A program made the position numbers and the translations under genes. Positions 26,642-41,340 of a stretch of DNA of 64,000 nucleotides are shown piece after piece. How positions within the stretch are numbered: the first letter of the stretch is position 1; every line of letters starts with the position of its first letter. This DNA comes from Paraspadella gotoi (Eukaryota; Animalia; Chaetognatha): contig CM119266.1 in assembly GCA_051294375.1 (NCBI GenBank), positions 5,379,210 through 5,443,209 of the forward strand, written 5' to 3'. Below the pieces are notes generated by a model, which had not been told where the DNA came from, did no database searches, and was given only the letters and a program-made list of their open reading frames with translations.

Positions 26642-29600
26642 TGTTTTTTTTTTTTAAGTTTGTCACTTTATTTTTATAAATGATTTATTTAGTTTACATG
26701 GCTAAAGTATCCTTTTTTTGGTTGTTGACAAAAATTGAACGAGTGCCCATTCCATAATCGAAGCGAAAAAAAAAATGCTGTGAAATGAGTCAAAGTTCTT
26801 TTTGCATTGAGAAACCAATACAATGGGACTATAGGTCACATTGCTTACTTACCGATTGCCGGTCAGAAAGAAAAAAAACGGTTTTGTGTCAGACATCGAT
26901 TTTGTCCAATACTGTTGAGACAATAAAGCGCCTCACAATACAACTGAAATTTGGGAAGATATTCCAGTATTCAATATACGATTTCGTTTTATAAAAAGTA
27001 GAAACGGATAAATATTTTTCAAAGTTGCCAAATTTTTTCGAAGAATTTCTCAAATCGTAAAAAAAAACCACGACGAGAAAATAGTTGGATTTAAAAAAAA
27101 AGAAAAGATAAAATAAAAAAAAGAAGAAAAAAAAATTTTCTTCCTGTTTTTATCTCGAAAATTTTTTATTTCAACTGGAAAGAAAAAAATTATTTAGAAT
27201 TTCCGAGCAAAAAAGGTGTTTTTTGTGAATTTAAACAATTTTTTAAAAAAAATTATTTATTTATTTATATTTTGGGGAGTCGAGTTTTTGTGGGAAAAGT
27301 CGTCGGAATCAAAGGCTCCGATGCTTAATGTACTTCTTTGTGAGTTATAAGTGACAAGTATCCTGGTACTGGTAGAGCAGTGAGCGTGAACGTGAAAAAC
27401 TTGTGAAAGTGAAAGTTGTATACAGTTTTAACATTAGGGTGGAGTGATAAAAATATTGTAACAATTTCATAATTATTATCTCAGAAAGTCAAAAGCTCAG
27501 AATTTAGGCCTTTTCTCTTATTTTTGTCACTGAAGACATCGGATTTTTTGTTAACATTGTTTCTATTTTTGTCCAACGTTTTATATAAAGGATCTGATCT
27601 TTAATAAAGAAGTCATTTTAAAATTTTACTATTTTATAAGGATATTACTACAAATATTTGTAATTTATGTTTAGATCCCTCAGAATAAGAGTAAAAAATT
27701 TATTGTACTTTATAACATAACACTCCACATATAACTATCATCGTAACATATTGCAAATAAAAATTGTTATAATACCACAACAATGGACAATTGTCGCATA
27801 CGGATACGTCGAGATGTGTTGCGATTTAAGTGCGATGTGTGAGATATTGAGGTAATTTGGTGGTGTAATTCAGTGTGCAGTAGTGATGCCAACAGGATCT
27901 GAGTTGTAGAAGAGAAAATTAATGTGATATTAAAAAGTAATGGTAGCATGGATGAGAATCCACAACTTTTCACGATTCAGATGAAAAGATGGTCTTGTGA
28001 GGTTTTAACAAATTGGATTCAAAGTCAAAGTTGAGTCAAAACCTATCGAACGAAGAACTTTTTGACTCAGTGTTCCCAGAACGGTCAGAAATGAACGGAA
28101 CGAAAACGATCACATTCTGATTAAATTTGGATAAATTTTAAGCTATTTGGGCTTATTTTCCCAAGCGCCCGATTTTATGTGAAATTCGGAAATTATAATC
28201 GGGTTAAAGTTAGTGATTAAGTTAAGGGATTTGGTTTAAAGATTTGGGTTGGGATTTTGTTTAGGGATTTCATTTAGGGTTAGAGGTTTGGGTTAGATAT
28301 TAGAGTAAAGGTAGGATATAGGTTAATTTAGGGATTAGTTTATGGATGATTAGTTAAACATATTTTAGGGCAAAAATATTAAAGTATAATTGAATTTTGG
28401 GAAAAACTAACAGATAGAGGCACTTTTGGGAAAGAGAGCCGTTTTTAAACTCAGACGATCGAATATCGTAATCACCTCTGAATCAAACGAAAGAGACGGG
28501 ACAGTTATCCCAGATCCTAGAAGACTCACTGAGTCAACTCACAGAAATGTGAAAGCGTCGTGAAAATCAGATCTTGAGTGAGAAAAACGAAGGATTTTGT
28601 CTCGAATCTCCGAGTGAAAAAAGCATTTGATAAAAGAGCTTTTCTTTTTCTCTCATGAATACAACTCATTTTTGAAAACGAATTAAGTGACATTAAGTCA
28701 TTACGTGTATTTTGTCGAATTGTAAAAATATACTATTTTTTGTGTATCTGTTACTGTGTTTGCCCTTTGTATGTATCTGTTTTCAACTAATTGTTTAAAC
28801 TAACATTTTGTGATGTATTTCATACCATCATCTGTTGTAAAGAAAAGAGACAGTAACACAACCGGCATTTTTTTCTATTTATAATTAAATTTGGAATTAG
28901 GTTAAATTTCTTGGTAATAAGGGATAAACAAAATCCTTTTACGTTTTTGGTTTTGTTACCAAAAAATTAAAACGGAAGAGAAAAAAAGGAAAAAAAATTG
29001 AGAGCGAGACGTTGGAAAAACAGAATTAAATAAAATTAAAAAGGGTTTAACAACAGTTTAAGCGAGTTATGGTTCGTTTAACAGTTATTCGTGTTTGACT
29101 CAAGGAATTCGACTCTATTTTTAAAAAAAAATAATTTAATGTTCTTTTAAGTTAACGTATTTCGACCGCAAGTTAGGTTTGTTTTGTTGGCAAAACAACA
29201 AAAAAAAAAAACTTTTTAATGTCACGAGGAGTTTTATCAAAATTTGCTTCATTTCCAAAACGATTAAACGCGACCAAGTTATTTTTGCTGTGACGTTTTT
29301 ATCTCAATATGGAAGTATGCTAAACGTATGCGCAGTTATGTGGAGTTGTTATCCATCCACCAACCTGCCCCCCCCCCGGCTAAAGTCGATGCCTCGAAGG
29401 AAATAAAACTAGACAATAAATTACGAACGTAAAAAAAAAATAAATAAAACACCCAGATCACGATTAGTGGAAGATTTCGAGTTGGATTTTCAGTTTCCAG
29501 AGACTTAAATCACGGATCGCTGTTGAAAGAGGCGAAGTTAAATCACGTTACGTATCCTGGACTGCAAGATTTGATTTTAAATTCAAAAGTTTTTACGGCT

Positions 29601-29693
29601 AATGTTGACGTCGCTTGTTTTTTTTTTTTGTTCTAATGTTTTTTTTTGTTCTAATGTTTTTTTTGTTTTAATGTTTTTTTTATTCCGTAATGT
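26404..29693 (+). other. Direct duplicate of ~13090-16440, ending at a 25-N gap
   Basis: Colinear match from ctacgcggcgctc to the tttttgttctaatg repeats, with many indels. Confidence 0.9.
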
Positions 29694-31990
29694 NNNNNNN
29701 NNNNNNNNNNNNNNNNNNATATATAGTAAACGTTTTAGGCAAAAAGAGCAACGATTTTTGGGAAACTTGAAACACGGAAATATTAACAGGGTTTCTTGAG
29801 AGCTTAAGAAGTTAAATGAAAGTTAGTACTATAATTTTTTCAAATTTTTGACAATAAATTAGTTAAAAATAGAAAAAACCTTAAAAAATTATCATCTCAT
29901 CATTATTGCGAATTTTATTTTTTTTTTATTTTTTCATAAATAAACAAAAAAAAAAGTTGTATTAATAACCTTTATCTAACTTTTAAAGCTCTATCAGAAT
30001 CTATAAAAAAAAATTGATAAGCAAAATTTTTAAAATTATTTTTCATCTTTCATATTATTTAATAGTCGCTTAACCATTAACCATAACCATTTGAGAGAAC
30101 TTCAGTTTTCAACCTGTTCCGGCCTATATCTAGTAAGGCGGGCCAAAATTGAACACTTTTTCTTAACTCCTAGTTCTCTTTAAAATTTTTTTTTCCTTTT
30201 ACTACTAAATCGATTTTCAATGTAACTTTTTGAATTTAGTTCATGGGTTGTTGCACTGAGCTTTTAAATATTTATTAATAATATAATAATTATTATAAAG
30301 TTTGACGGAATTGTGCCCAGTGGAAATGAGTTTAGATGGAAAAATACATAAGTCACATATACTTGAATCTTTAATATTAATGATTACTAATAAATGTTTT
30401 AATTATTAATTAGTTAATTTAATTAATAATTATGTGAAAAAAATGATGCAAGTTAAAAAAATCTTAAAAGGCATAAAGAATCGTCGCAATTGGCATAAAA
30501 AGAGAGAGAGAGAGAGAGAGAGTGAGAGTGAGAGAGACAAGGAGACATAAAATAAAATAAAGGATATTTGTTTGTTTTGATAAAATGCAAAACAACAACA
30601 TATTTAATAACTGTCCTAACCCAAATTTAAGGACATCGATGATGATAAGTTGAATATAAATTTAAAATTATTATTACATATTAAAATTAATTAATTAATT
30701 AATTAATCGATTAATTAATTAATTAATTATTAATTATCGTAGGCAGATCCGACATTGTTTGCTCAAACTTGTTTTTTTTTGTAATGTGATTGCATGCAAT
30801 ATAATTATTCGCGAAAGTGCTGCATAATAATAGGTCACATTAGTCTATTTATATGTGATAATGCATATCATTATAAGTTATTCTTCATTTTTTAAAAAAA
30901 ATAATAAAGAGAGAGAGAGATCGAGATGAGAGGAGAGAAAGAAAAAGAAAAACGATTTTCTTTCCAATTAACTCAATATAAATTTGGCGATTTTGTATTG
31001 AAAAAAAAGCGCGGAATAAATGGCGATAATAAAAGTTAAATTGAGAAGGAAAAAAAATAATCAGAATTTTTCAAAAAACGAACGATCGTTAACAGAGTGA
31101 GAGAACAGAAAGACAGAAAGAAGAGAAAAGAGAGACAGAAAGAGAAAAAGAGAGACAAAGAACAGAAAGAAAGAGGGAAAAAACTGGAAGCCAGTCTGAA
31201 CAGTACTGCAGAACCGAACTCGTTTTTAAGGGTAAAAAGCAGCACTGACAAATATAGGAAAAGAAAAATCGTATATATAATTTAAATTAATAAAGAAAGG
31301 CAAAAATATGTTACAATTTTTACAATTTGGAATTTTCCAATTTTTTCCAATCGCCAGCTTGTAAAGATTAATTTATATTTGTATTAAATTCCAAGATATA
31401 GCTTCTTCATTAAAAAAATTCCTTAGCAGTTCCCATTTTATTAAAAATGTTAAAACAAATTTTTCTTGAATTTCTACTTTCAAATATTATATACTGCAAT
31501 ATGTAAAATTTAGATTAAAGAGCATTTCTATATACTAATTTGGATATTATAAGGAGTACTTAATACTCATTTTGCATATTGCATGTAAATCCATAATGAA
31601 GTGAAATTCAAACAGAAAAAATACTAAAATCCAAATGTAATAGGAAAATATCACAGCTACTTTCAAAATGAAAAGCCATATTCTAATTTTTAACTTACTA
31701 TGATTGCCACAAACTCTTTGTTAAAACTTTATCATATTTATAATAATTTTTATTTAAAAAAAACTGGTTAAGTCACAGCCAAACCTATAAAAGCGTAGTA
31801 GTTTTTATACAAAACAACAGCGTGACGGACGAGCGAGAGCACGAGAAACGCACGGACGTACGACGACGACGACGACCGACGACGACGACTAGGCAGCACG
31901 TCACAAAGAAGCAACCCTCAAAAACATTATAGAGCCTGCCCGCTTCGCCGGTCAAGGCCTCGCATAAAAAACAAGTAGTCAGGTCCTCAC

Positions 31991-33286
31991 CTTCCAAATG
32001 GTGACGACGCCTTCAAGGGTGTGGTAATGGGCGCGGGGAAGCAGCGCCACCGCTTGGGTGAGGCCGCTCGATCTTGCTTCTCGCAGGCGTCGACGCCCGC
32101 GTTGCGCACTTCCATGAAGCGGGAGAAGCGTCGAAGGTGTACGACAGGATTGCGAAGGAGGCGAGCGTAGAGCTGGGCGATGGGGGTGGACGGGCGGTTT
32201 AAGGGTGGAGGGTGGTTGGGGTTTAAGGAGGGGTTTGGGTCCGTGGAGGGTGGATATTTGTCGTCAGTCTGATTTGTTTCTATGTTTTTTTAAAAAACAA
32301 AGAAATATCATTTCTCTGTATATTTATTAAATAAAATATTAGTCAGAATTTTACAATTACGAAATGAGTTCATAGTGTTTAACATAATTTTCTGACAGAT
32401 CCAGTGAATGTTAACCGCCGAATATTTAAAAATATGAATACTCTCCTTTATGATAGAACGTTAGTCAATGCAATATGCAAATGAGATCGTGGATTCAACC
32501 TAAATTTACTCACCTTTAATACTCCCGGTGATCACATTGATGTCATCGTATTTGGTCGTCGACAAATCGGTTTGTCCAAGTCTGAATGAAAAATAATTAA
32601 GCTCACGGTTGTTGTTTGTTGTTTGTTATTGATCAGATAAAAAAAATGGCGTACTTAACAAAACCAAATTATTAATCCAATCCTCGCTGATCACAATTTC
32701 ATCCACGGACTAACCAACTCGCTATATCTCAACCAGCAATACTTAATCAGAAAAAGAACCTAACTCATCTCCTAAAAGGACTCACTCGTCGAACTTACCT
32801 CGATCGAAGGCCATCCTCAGAAGCTTCTATGTCGTCGTTGGAATCCGGATATACGGTAGATGCCTTCTGACGTTAATCCTGGCAGGAATAGGGGAAAATT
32901 CAAAGGGAAATAAAAAAATTTAAAATAATTTTCATTACAGATTATGATGAATAAGGCAGTAGGACTGAAAGAAAATATTAATAGGAAAAAAAACCAAATT
33001 AAAAAAAAATATTCAATAAAATATTCATTGGTCAATTGAAAATAAAAAAAAAAAATCTTCATGAGTCACCCTTCCACGATCCCCTTAACTTCCCGACCCC
33101 TTCCCCCCCTCTCCGCCCCCTCACCGTCTTTCCTCCTTTCAATCTCATCGATGCACAAATCAACCACCAACGGAGTCGAGCAGTTGTGAGCTTTGGCAAC
33201 GTGGTCAGGTCGATCCCGAAGACCGTCTTGATGTGCTTCAGGTCGGGCATGCAGTCGTTGGGCACGTCTCCGAGCACTTCTTGTGG
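31991..33286 (-). CDS. CHN1/2: Chimaerin exons 33286-33125, 32878-32799, 32581-32514, 32172-31991 (end of C1 + RhoGAP domain); indel-rich
   Basis: HKKCS..VPNDCMPDLKHIKTVFGIDLTTL.KAH..PLVVDLCIDEIERR, GLTSEGIYRISGF (catalytic Arg motif), YDDINVITGVLK, AVALLPRAHYHTL. All have AG/GT ends. Confidence 0.9.
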
Positions 33287-33499
33287 CTGAAGGTAATAAT
33301 ATATAATATAAAATACATTAAAACCGAGTCGCTGTGTGGAAAGTATCTTCGAAAATTATATCACGAAATAAACTTGTCATTTAATTTCAAAATAGATGAA
33401 TACCACAAGGGCCGACAAAAATGAATCGAGATTTGAAAGCTGAATTAAGCTAATGTCCGAATAACTAATTCGCTTGAGCTACGATAGGGCTCGCCCAGA

Positions 33500-33698
33500 G
33501 ATGCCCGCGGCGTACGGCATCTCACTGCTTGTTGGAGTCTTTCGTTTGGCATTTCACGAGTTTTGAACACAGAGTGGTCGCCATTAGACTTTGCCAGATA
33601 ATATTAGCACGGGAAGATTTTATATAAAGGTAGGGGACCAAGCGGGATTGAACCCGACGAACAATTAGGGAGAAGTGCATTAGCCGTCTACGCCACAG
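33500..33698 (-). mobile_element. tRNA-derived SINE
   Basis: Minus strand reads tgtggcgtagacgg (A box) ... gggttcaatcccgc (B box). The 3' part carries the cagtgagatgcc..ggcatc stem-loop. Confidence 0.6.
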
Positions 33699-34389
33699 AG
33701 GAATGAATCAAGTTGTTGACGCTAAGTACGAAACAATTTCTTTTTAACAGAAAATAGTTTGTATATTTTGTTACCTAGCGACGCAGGCATGACGCGATCG
33801 TTCAAAACAAATTTAATCGACGGGAAAATAAAATAATGTTTTCTTGACGTATATCTTCATCTGGTCGTTTTTCATCTACTGCGGTTCATTTTTAAGAAGC
33901 GGCCAACATCGACGCAGTCAAAAAGATCGGTTGCGTATCATTGAGTCGCATTCGCTTAGTAAATTGGTCTGTCTGTCAGTCCTTTTGTCAGTCCGATCCG
34001 TCGTCGGATGATCTCGATGAGACCCTTTATCCGTCTATCCGTCTCTCTGCGTGCCAGTCTTGACTGTTTTTTTTTTCATGCACTAAGATTTAAGCTTAGG
34101 TATTTTATTATTAGGTTCTTATTATTGTTGTTTAGTTGTTGAAAGAAAAATATTTAAAAATCGATTAAGTTATCTCTCATTCTCTCCATCTGCCTTTATC
34201 TATGTCTGTCCGTCCGTCCGTCTGTTTTTTTTTGTTTTTTTTTAGTCCGTCTTTACTTTCGTTACTTTCTGGTTTTTTTGTTTCTTTTCTTTCTCTTCAC
34301 TAATTCAATTTCGTTGACCAGAAGAAATCGAACGACGGGAGTCAAAAAGTCTCTCCAGATTTCGGGTTTTTTTCGTAGTTGTTGTGTTG

Positions 34390-34462
34390 TTGTTGATGAG
34401 ATGATGATGATGATGATGATGATGACGATGATGTTGATGATAATGTTGATGATGATGATGAT

Positions 34463-34493
<31 letters not shown>

Positions 34494-34621
34494 CATTATC
34501 ATAATTATGTTGATGATGATGAACATGATTATGATGATGATGATCATGATGATGATACTTATTTGATGTTGATGAACATTATGATGATAATGTATATGAT
34601 GATGATAATGATGATGATGTA

Positions 34622-34654
<33 letters not shown>

Positions 34655-34770
34655 AATGTTGATAATGATGATAATGTTGATGATGATGATGATAATGATG
34701 ATGATGATGATGATGATGATGATAATAATGTTGATGATGATGATGTAATGATGATGATAATGATGATGAT
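34390..34770. repeat. (GAT)n imperfect microsatellite
   Basis: About 380 bp of gat/aat triplets. Confidence 0.95.
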
Positions 34771-37606
34771 TTACGACTTAATTTTAACCCTTAATATTTA
34801 ACCCTGATATATTATAAATCCAATAACCTAAACACTAACCCTAAACCATAAATCATAACTTCTAACCCAAACTCTTAACCTTAATCAATAATCGTAATCC
34901 TAAATCTAATCCATAATATAATCCATAATCTGTAACTAGATGATTTAGTCTGCTCAGCCATTGAGACGGGGCTGAGGACGGACAGCGGTGAGGCAGCTTT
35001 AAGTCTTGCTGCCACAATAGATATAATTTTTTATTTTAAATTTCTTTGACGAAGAAATAAATTTTTCTCTTCACACAAAGTTTCTCTTCCTTTCGAGTGT
35101 AAAATGTCGAAACGCGTTTAAAAATGTTTCCTAAAAATAATAATTTTTAAAAAAATTAAAAAATCAACGACTTAAAAGAAACAAAGATATGATTGTATCA
35201 TCGTTTGAGTTTTAATGACAAATTTCATTCATAACTCAATAAAAGAATAAGTTAAAGTTAATTATTAGAAAGGTTGGCGGTGATTATGATAATGATGATG
35301 ATAATGATGATGATGACGACGACGACAACGAAGACAGTGGTTAATTTATCATCAGTTATAATCATCATCTTTTGTACCTTCGTAGTAACCAAATATTGAT
35401 GCGATGTATCAACAAATATTGATAGCGATGATACCAAATAATTGACACGAGGGCAGATGAATAACCAATAATTTTCGAATGAACAAAATGACTGATGATG
35501 TAATCAATATGATTGATGCGATGATAGTCATTTCATTGATATGATGATAGAATCATTTCATTGATACGCATGACTAGTCATTCATTGATTGCGATGATAG
35601 CTGAATTCATTGAGTCGCCTGAATCATGTCATCGTAAATAAAACAAACAAATGCCGTGTATGAGGTGAAAGAGAGAGAGAGAGAGAGAGAGGAGCTGGAC
35701 AGATTTTCCCCGCCAACGAAACGTTGCATTAATAGTTATGTAGGGGTCTCTCCTCAGTGTTTATAATAAAGAATAATCAGAATTTTTTAGGAAAAAATGC
35801 ACGATAAAAAATCTCGGATGTATAATTTGTGATTTTTGTATTGAGAAGAATAAGCGCGGAAATAAGTGCGATAATAAAAGTCATTTTGAGAAAAAAAAGA
35901 GAGTGAAAGAAAGAGAGATGATGACGAGAGAGAGAGAGAGAGGGATGAGAGAGAGAGAATGAAGATAGAAGAGGGAGGAGAGTGAGAAGAGATGGAGAAG
36001 AGAGGAGTAGTTTTCCCACAACGAGAGCATTATTAGGTCACTCTCGTTTATATCGGTTATCCGTTGCCTCGCAACGCGTCGTGAAATTGGCTATGTAGTG
36101 ATTTTTTGTGTTTATACACGTAAACGCGTATGATAGGTCATGCTTCCTCGCATTGTTTACTTGTTGCTCCGCAACGACCACGAAATCTAGGTTAAGTAAG
36201 TATTGTATTTTGGGATTATTTGTATTGAATAAAATAAGAAATGCCGATAATAAAAAGTTTTAGAAGGGAAACAAATCCACGAAAAATCTCTGGGAATAAA
36301 TGGCGAAATAAAATTCTTTTAGAAGGAAAAAAAGAGGAGAGAAAGAGAGAGAGAGAGAACGAATGATTAGAAGAGAGAAAAGAGAATAGAGGAGAAAGAA
36401 GCATTGTTCTTTTTTTAGGAAGACAACCAAGACCGAGGTCAAATTTAATATATGTGCATATTTAATTAATTTATAAATAGTTATCACATACTCAAATAAT
36501 TATTATTTTAAAAAAAGAGTTAAAAATGATTAAATATTTATACACTAAAAACATTTATAAAATTTAAAATAGTCACAAATGTATCAGAATAACAAAAAAG
36601 TATGTTTACATTGACTATATCTCTCTATCAAACTCCTAGTTTAGATATAATTTGCCAATAGTGGGCCAACCGGCTCCTAAAGTTGCAATAATAAAATAAA
36701 AACAAAAATTTTTTTTTTGTATGTGATCGCATGCAATATATTATTCGGCGAAAAGTGACTGCATATATAATTAAGCTACATTAGCTGATTCTATATGTGA
36801 TAATGCATATCATTATAAGGTATATCTCCATTTTTTCAAAAAAAATAATAAGAGAGAGAGAGAGAGAACAGAGGAGAGAAAGAAAAAGAAAAACCGAATC
36901 TTCTTTCCAATTCTATCTCAGATATTAAATTTGGGATTTTGCTATTGAAAACCAAAAAAAGCGCGGAATAAATGGCGATAATAAAGTTTTGAGAAGAAAA
37001 AAACAATAATCAGAATTTCAAAAAACGAACGATCGTTTCAGATGGAGAGAGACAGAAAAGACAGAAAGAGAGAGAAAGAGAGACAGGAATAGAGAAAAAG
37101 AAGACAAAGAGACAGAAAGAAAGAGAAAACTGAAGCATGACTAACCAGTCACTGCAGAACCTGACTCGTTTTTTAAGGGTTCAGGGAAAAAGCAGCAACT
37201 GACAAATATAGGAAAGAAATCTTATATATAATTTAAAGTAATAAAAGAAGGCAGAAAAAATATGTACAAGTTGTTACAGTGAGTCTCTGCTCTGTTNNNN
37301 NNNNNNNNNNNNNNNNNNNNNAAGCGGCTCGATCTTTATGCTTTTAAGATTTTTTTTTTTAAATTTGGTTTGGTGTCGTGTTTGTCAATCGAGACAAGAA
37401 AGCTTCGTGTGATTGATGGCATGATCATGTATTTCTAATTATATAAATAAATAAACTATTTAAACGGTATTGATAGATTCCATTAGTTAACAAATTATTG
37501 AATTAATTACGGTAAATTACAGTTTTTCGTTAAGTTAAGTTAAGTTAAGTATTCGTCGAGGAAGTTTTTAAGATTTTGACATTGCATACTTTTGTATTAG
37601 CGTGTT

Positions 37607-37860
37607 ATGGCAACAGCCGGGTTGCCTGTGATGCCCATTGGGATGGGGCATCTCACTGTTGGCTTTGGGGGCTTCCGACCCTCAGTGACGCCTCCAGTCA
37701 CTGGCGCGGTTACCCTAGGACGGTCTCGCTTTGCCAACGCAGAGGGAAGTCGTTAGGACTGTGGATGGAACACTACGCCTGGGATGGTGTGTTCCCCCTC
37801 TGAGCCAATGGATTTGGCTGACGGATGGTGGACGTGAGGCGGTGTGAATATACCGCCACA
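37607..37860. mobile_element. ~250-bp highly structured interspersed repeat (SINE-like)
   Basis: Copies at 40131-40359, ~42500-42770, ~45121-45368; fragments at ~16545-16600 and ~9085-9150. Hairpins cagtgac/gtcactg, gaacac/gtgttc, ggcggt/accgcc. Confidence 0.7.
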
Positions 37861-37950
37861 GTGTATAACTTTTATTTTACAATGTGAGATTGATCCGACC
37901 CGATTCCTCTCCCACTCACTTTTCCCCTTTTCACATTCACATTCACACAG

Positions 37951-38137
37951 AGTCCTGAGTCACAAAGATGTGAACCGAATGACAGCTGAGAACCTCGGCA
38001 CGGTCTTCGGACCCACGTTGATGAGATGTCCCGATGACCTGGACCCGATGGCCCACCTGACCGCCGCCAAGTACGACAAGCAAATCGCCGAATTGCTCGT
38101 CAAGCATCACGCCAAGCTTTTCCCGCCGGACGGGTGA
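37951..38137 (+). CDS. CHN1/2: Chimaerin terminal exon (RhoGAP C-terminus)
   Basis: RVLSHKDVNRMTAENLGTVFGPTLMRCPDDLDPMAHLTAAKYDKQIAELLVKHHAKLFPPDG* contains the RhoGAP M..ENL..VFGPTLMR motif. cacag acceptor. Confidence 0.92.
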
Positions 38138-39719
38138 AGATAAAAAAGCTTGCTCAAGCTCGAAAATAAAAGGGGAAATTGATGAACGAAGATTTGAACG
38201 AAGGAACAAACGAACTAAAGAACGAACGAACGAACGAACGAACGAACGAACGAAGGAACGATAGAACGAAACGAACGAACGACGAACGAATGAACGAACG
38301 ATAAAAGGATACGAATGAACGAACAAATGAACGAACGAATGAAAGAACGAAAGAAGGAACGAATGAACTATGAAACCAATTTCGACCAAAATAAGAAACA
38401 AAAACTCTAACGAGAAAAAAAGAAATCAAGCAACATTTAGGTTTTTTTCTTTTTGTAAACGCGTTTATAACAAGTATTATTATTATTATTATCGTTTGCG
38501 TTAAATATATTGTTTTTGGCATTCCTTTTTTTTTTTTTGACCGTCATCAATATTTTTCGATACGAATTTTGTAGGCAAAAATTTTTTGAATATTTTTTTT
38601 TCAATCAATCTACGTATTTTTTTATCAATTTATTCATTGGAGAATTAAATAATTATTGATTGTCATACCAATAACGTCATTTTGTCCTTTTTCGATTCCA
38701 TTATCGGTCAAAGTTTTTTTTTAAATGGGCATGGAAAAAAAAAGCTATTATTATCTTAAAAGCCAAAATTACTTACAATTCTCATTCGTCTCTCTCTCTC
38801 TCATCTCTCTCTTCTCTCCTCTCTCTCTCTCTCTCTCTCCTTCTCTCTCCTCCTCCCTCTTCCAACCCTAACTAATTACTCCCCATTTCTAAATCATTGA
38901 TCTACTTCTCATCCCGCCTCTCCCCCCCCCACCTCCACCATCCACTCGTGTCTCCCACAATTTCACGTTTTTAACGTCGTTTGTTTTTTTTAATTAATTA
39001 ATTCATTAATTAATTTTCTTAATCGGTTAATTATAAATTAATTGTAAGATTAAACGTTTTAATTGTCACGTTCGTCGTTTAAAAAATAATCAATTAAAAA
39101 AAAGCTTTTAAAAGTATTTCCATGCTTTTCTTTTATCCAGTTTCACTCTTGTCATGATTTTTGTAATTAACATTTTGTGCGACATTGTTGAATAAAACTA
39201 AAAATAGAAATTGTTCTTTCTTTTAATTTGTCATAACCTCAAAGTTAAAATTTATAAAGTTAATATATAAAAATCGGGAGACAGATAAAGGGCTGGGTAA
39301 AATATTCCTGAGACAGGGGAACTGATATTAATTTTACTAAGACAATAACCAGCCAAAGCGATAGATTTTAATATTGGTCAATAAGTAAAGAGATTAATTC
39401 ACGATTATTTAACGATTATTTCACGAGTAGAACATTTCACTCGTATTCTTAAAAGTGGGCCGCTTGCAGAAAATAAACAAAAGATCATCGTGTAAAAATA
39501 CCTAGCGGAGACTTCGAAAACTAGAAACAAAATACTTAGCTAAAATAGGAACCGAAGTTTTAATTTTAGAATAATTTGTTAGTTATAATCTAAAAATTGT
39601 CCAATATTCAGCGAAGAATTTTCTTCAATTCGTGTGCTAATAGCCTCGCCGATTATTTTTTGGTAATAATCAAAGCTCAAAAGGTAATTCCGCCTTCCTC
39701 AAGAGCAAAAAACCGATAA

Positions 39720-39840
39720 AGAATTTTAAGTGGATTTTATTCCGGGTTTGAAAAGATTTAATTCCGGATTTGAAAAGATTCATTTCCGGATTTGAAAAGA
39801 TTTAATTCCGGGTTTGAAAAGATTTAATTCCGGATTTCTA
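39720..39840. repeat. 22-bp minisatellite (attccggatttgaaaagattta) x~5
   Basis: Directly visible; duplicated at ~44720-44830. Confidence 0.9.
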
Positions 39841-40384
39841 AGATATAAATTATAAAAGAGAAAAGAAATAGAGAAAAAAATACAGATTTAAAAAAAAATG
39901 TACAAGGCAGAGATTGTTATTAAAATAAATAAACAATAAATATGTATTTGAAACTAGTTTGAGTAAACTATGCCGGATCTGTCAACGATCATAAACCATC
40001 TAATCAGATAACAAATTATGATGATGGATTTCGTTACACACATTTTTCTGATGTAATACTATCGGACTATCAATAATTTAAATTAATTTTTCTGTCTCAA
40101 AGAAAAAATATCAAATTTTATAGTGAAACTATGGCGATACAGCGTCGGGATGCGGGCATCTCACTGTTGTGTGAGGCTTCGCCCTCAGTGACGCCCTCCG
40201 TCACTGGCGCGGTTACCCTAGGACGGTCTCGCTTCGCCAAACGCAGAGGAAGTCGTTAGGCTGTGGATGGAACACTAAGCCTGGATAGTTGTGTTCCCCT
40301 CTGAGCCAATGGATTTGGCGTGGTGCGATCGTGATGGCGGTTGTGAAACTACCGCCACAAAACGTTGATTTTTGTTTTTTTCAC

Positions 40385-41340
40385 ATTTAAACTATTTCCA
40401 CTCGGGACGATTCCTTTCGAAACTTGAATTCCCAGCTCAATCACCGACTTCTCACCAACACACAAAATTTCAAGTCAATACGCCTGATCCATCCGAGTAA
40501 TTGGCATTCCCAGCTTAAGGCGGAGACGGTACGGCACCGATCGCATTGCGACAGTCAAGCGCTTAGCTAAAAATTTCTAAATTTAAACTTTTAATTAAAC
40601 AATCCTAAAAAGTGCGCTGGGAACGAACAACATATTATTACTAATGAACATTTTATGATGATTAAAAAAAATTTATAATAAATTTTTTTCAATTTACGCC
40701 CAATAGGCCATAATTTATACTAAGTACTTATCAATAAATGTTTAAAATTTCAAATACAGTTTATTTCTAAATGATTTTTTGCAGATCTTGGACTTACGTC
40801 ATAAAAGTTCGATAAAAAGCAAAATATAACTCTTTTTAAAAAATTCCTTCATAAGTGCGGTTCAAAATATTAGAAAATAGTGATATTTTTAAGCTTGAAA
40901 ATTACTTTTTATATATTAAATATAGTTTCTGTAATTTTTAACCCACTTATGATAAGAATATTGTAAAAATAATTTATTATTTTCTTTTATCAACTTTTGA
41001 CGAGCGAATTCAAATCTGTAATCCAAAAATTAAGAAAAGCCTATTTTGAAATTATGTTTCGATTTGATAATAGGATCAGTTACTATATATAAATATAGAC
41101 CCCTAACTGCGAAAATTAAAAAAACATAAAATTTATTTTTTTTTTAAAAATTAATGAGGTTCACTGATAGCGTATATTGTTCATAACTTGACTTATAGAA
41201 TTTTCGCTACGTAACTTTTCACTACGCCTTAATGGACAGACGTAACGGACAGACAAAAAACAGTTTGACTTAATCTTATTAATGACTTTGGCGATAAGAT
41301 TGTGGTTCAGAACGACCGGACCAACAAAGTGGATACTTTA
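40385..41340. mobile_element. Possible Helentron-associated (HINE/DINE-1-like) non-autonomous element, interrupted by a MITE
   Basis: aaatttcaagtcaat...ccgagtaattggc followed by a ggacagacggacagac microsatellite, a layout reminiscent of DINE-1-like elements. Uninterrupted version at ~45400-45700. Confidence 0.35.
40555..41231 (-). mobile_element. MITE (hAT-like), reverse-oriented relative of 51788-52404
   Basis: Right end ttttcactacgcctta followed by atggacag; degraded left end; internal sequence is the reverse complement of the 51.8 kb element. Confidence 0.75.

Noticed and set aside
34278-34622. Poly-Met/Asp and poly-Ile/His ORFs
   Set aside because: Translation of the (GAT)n microsatellite.
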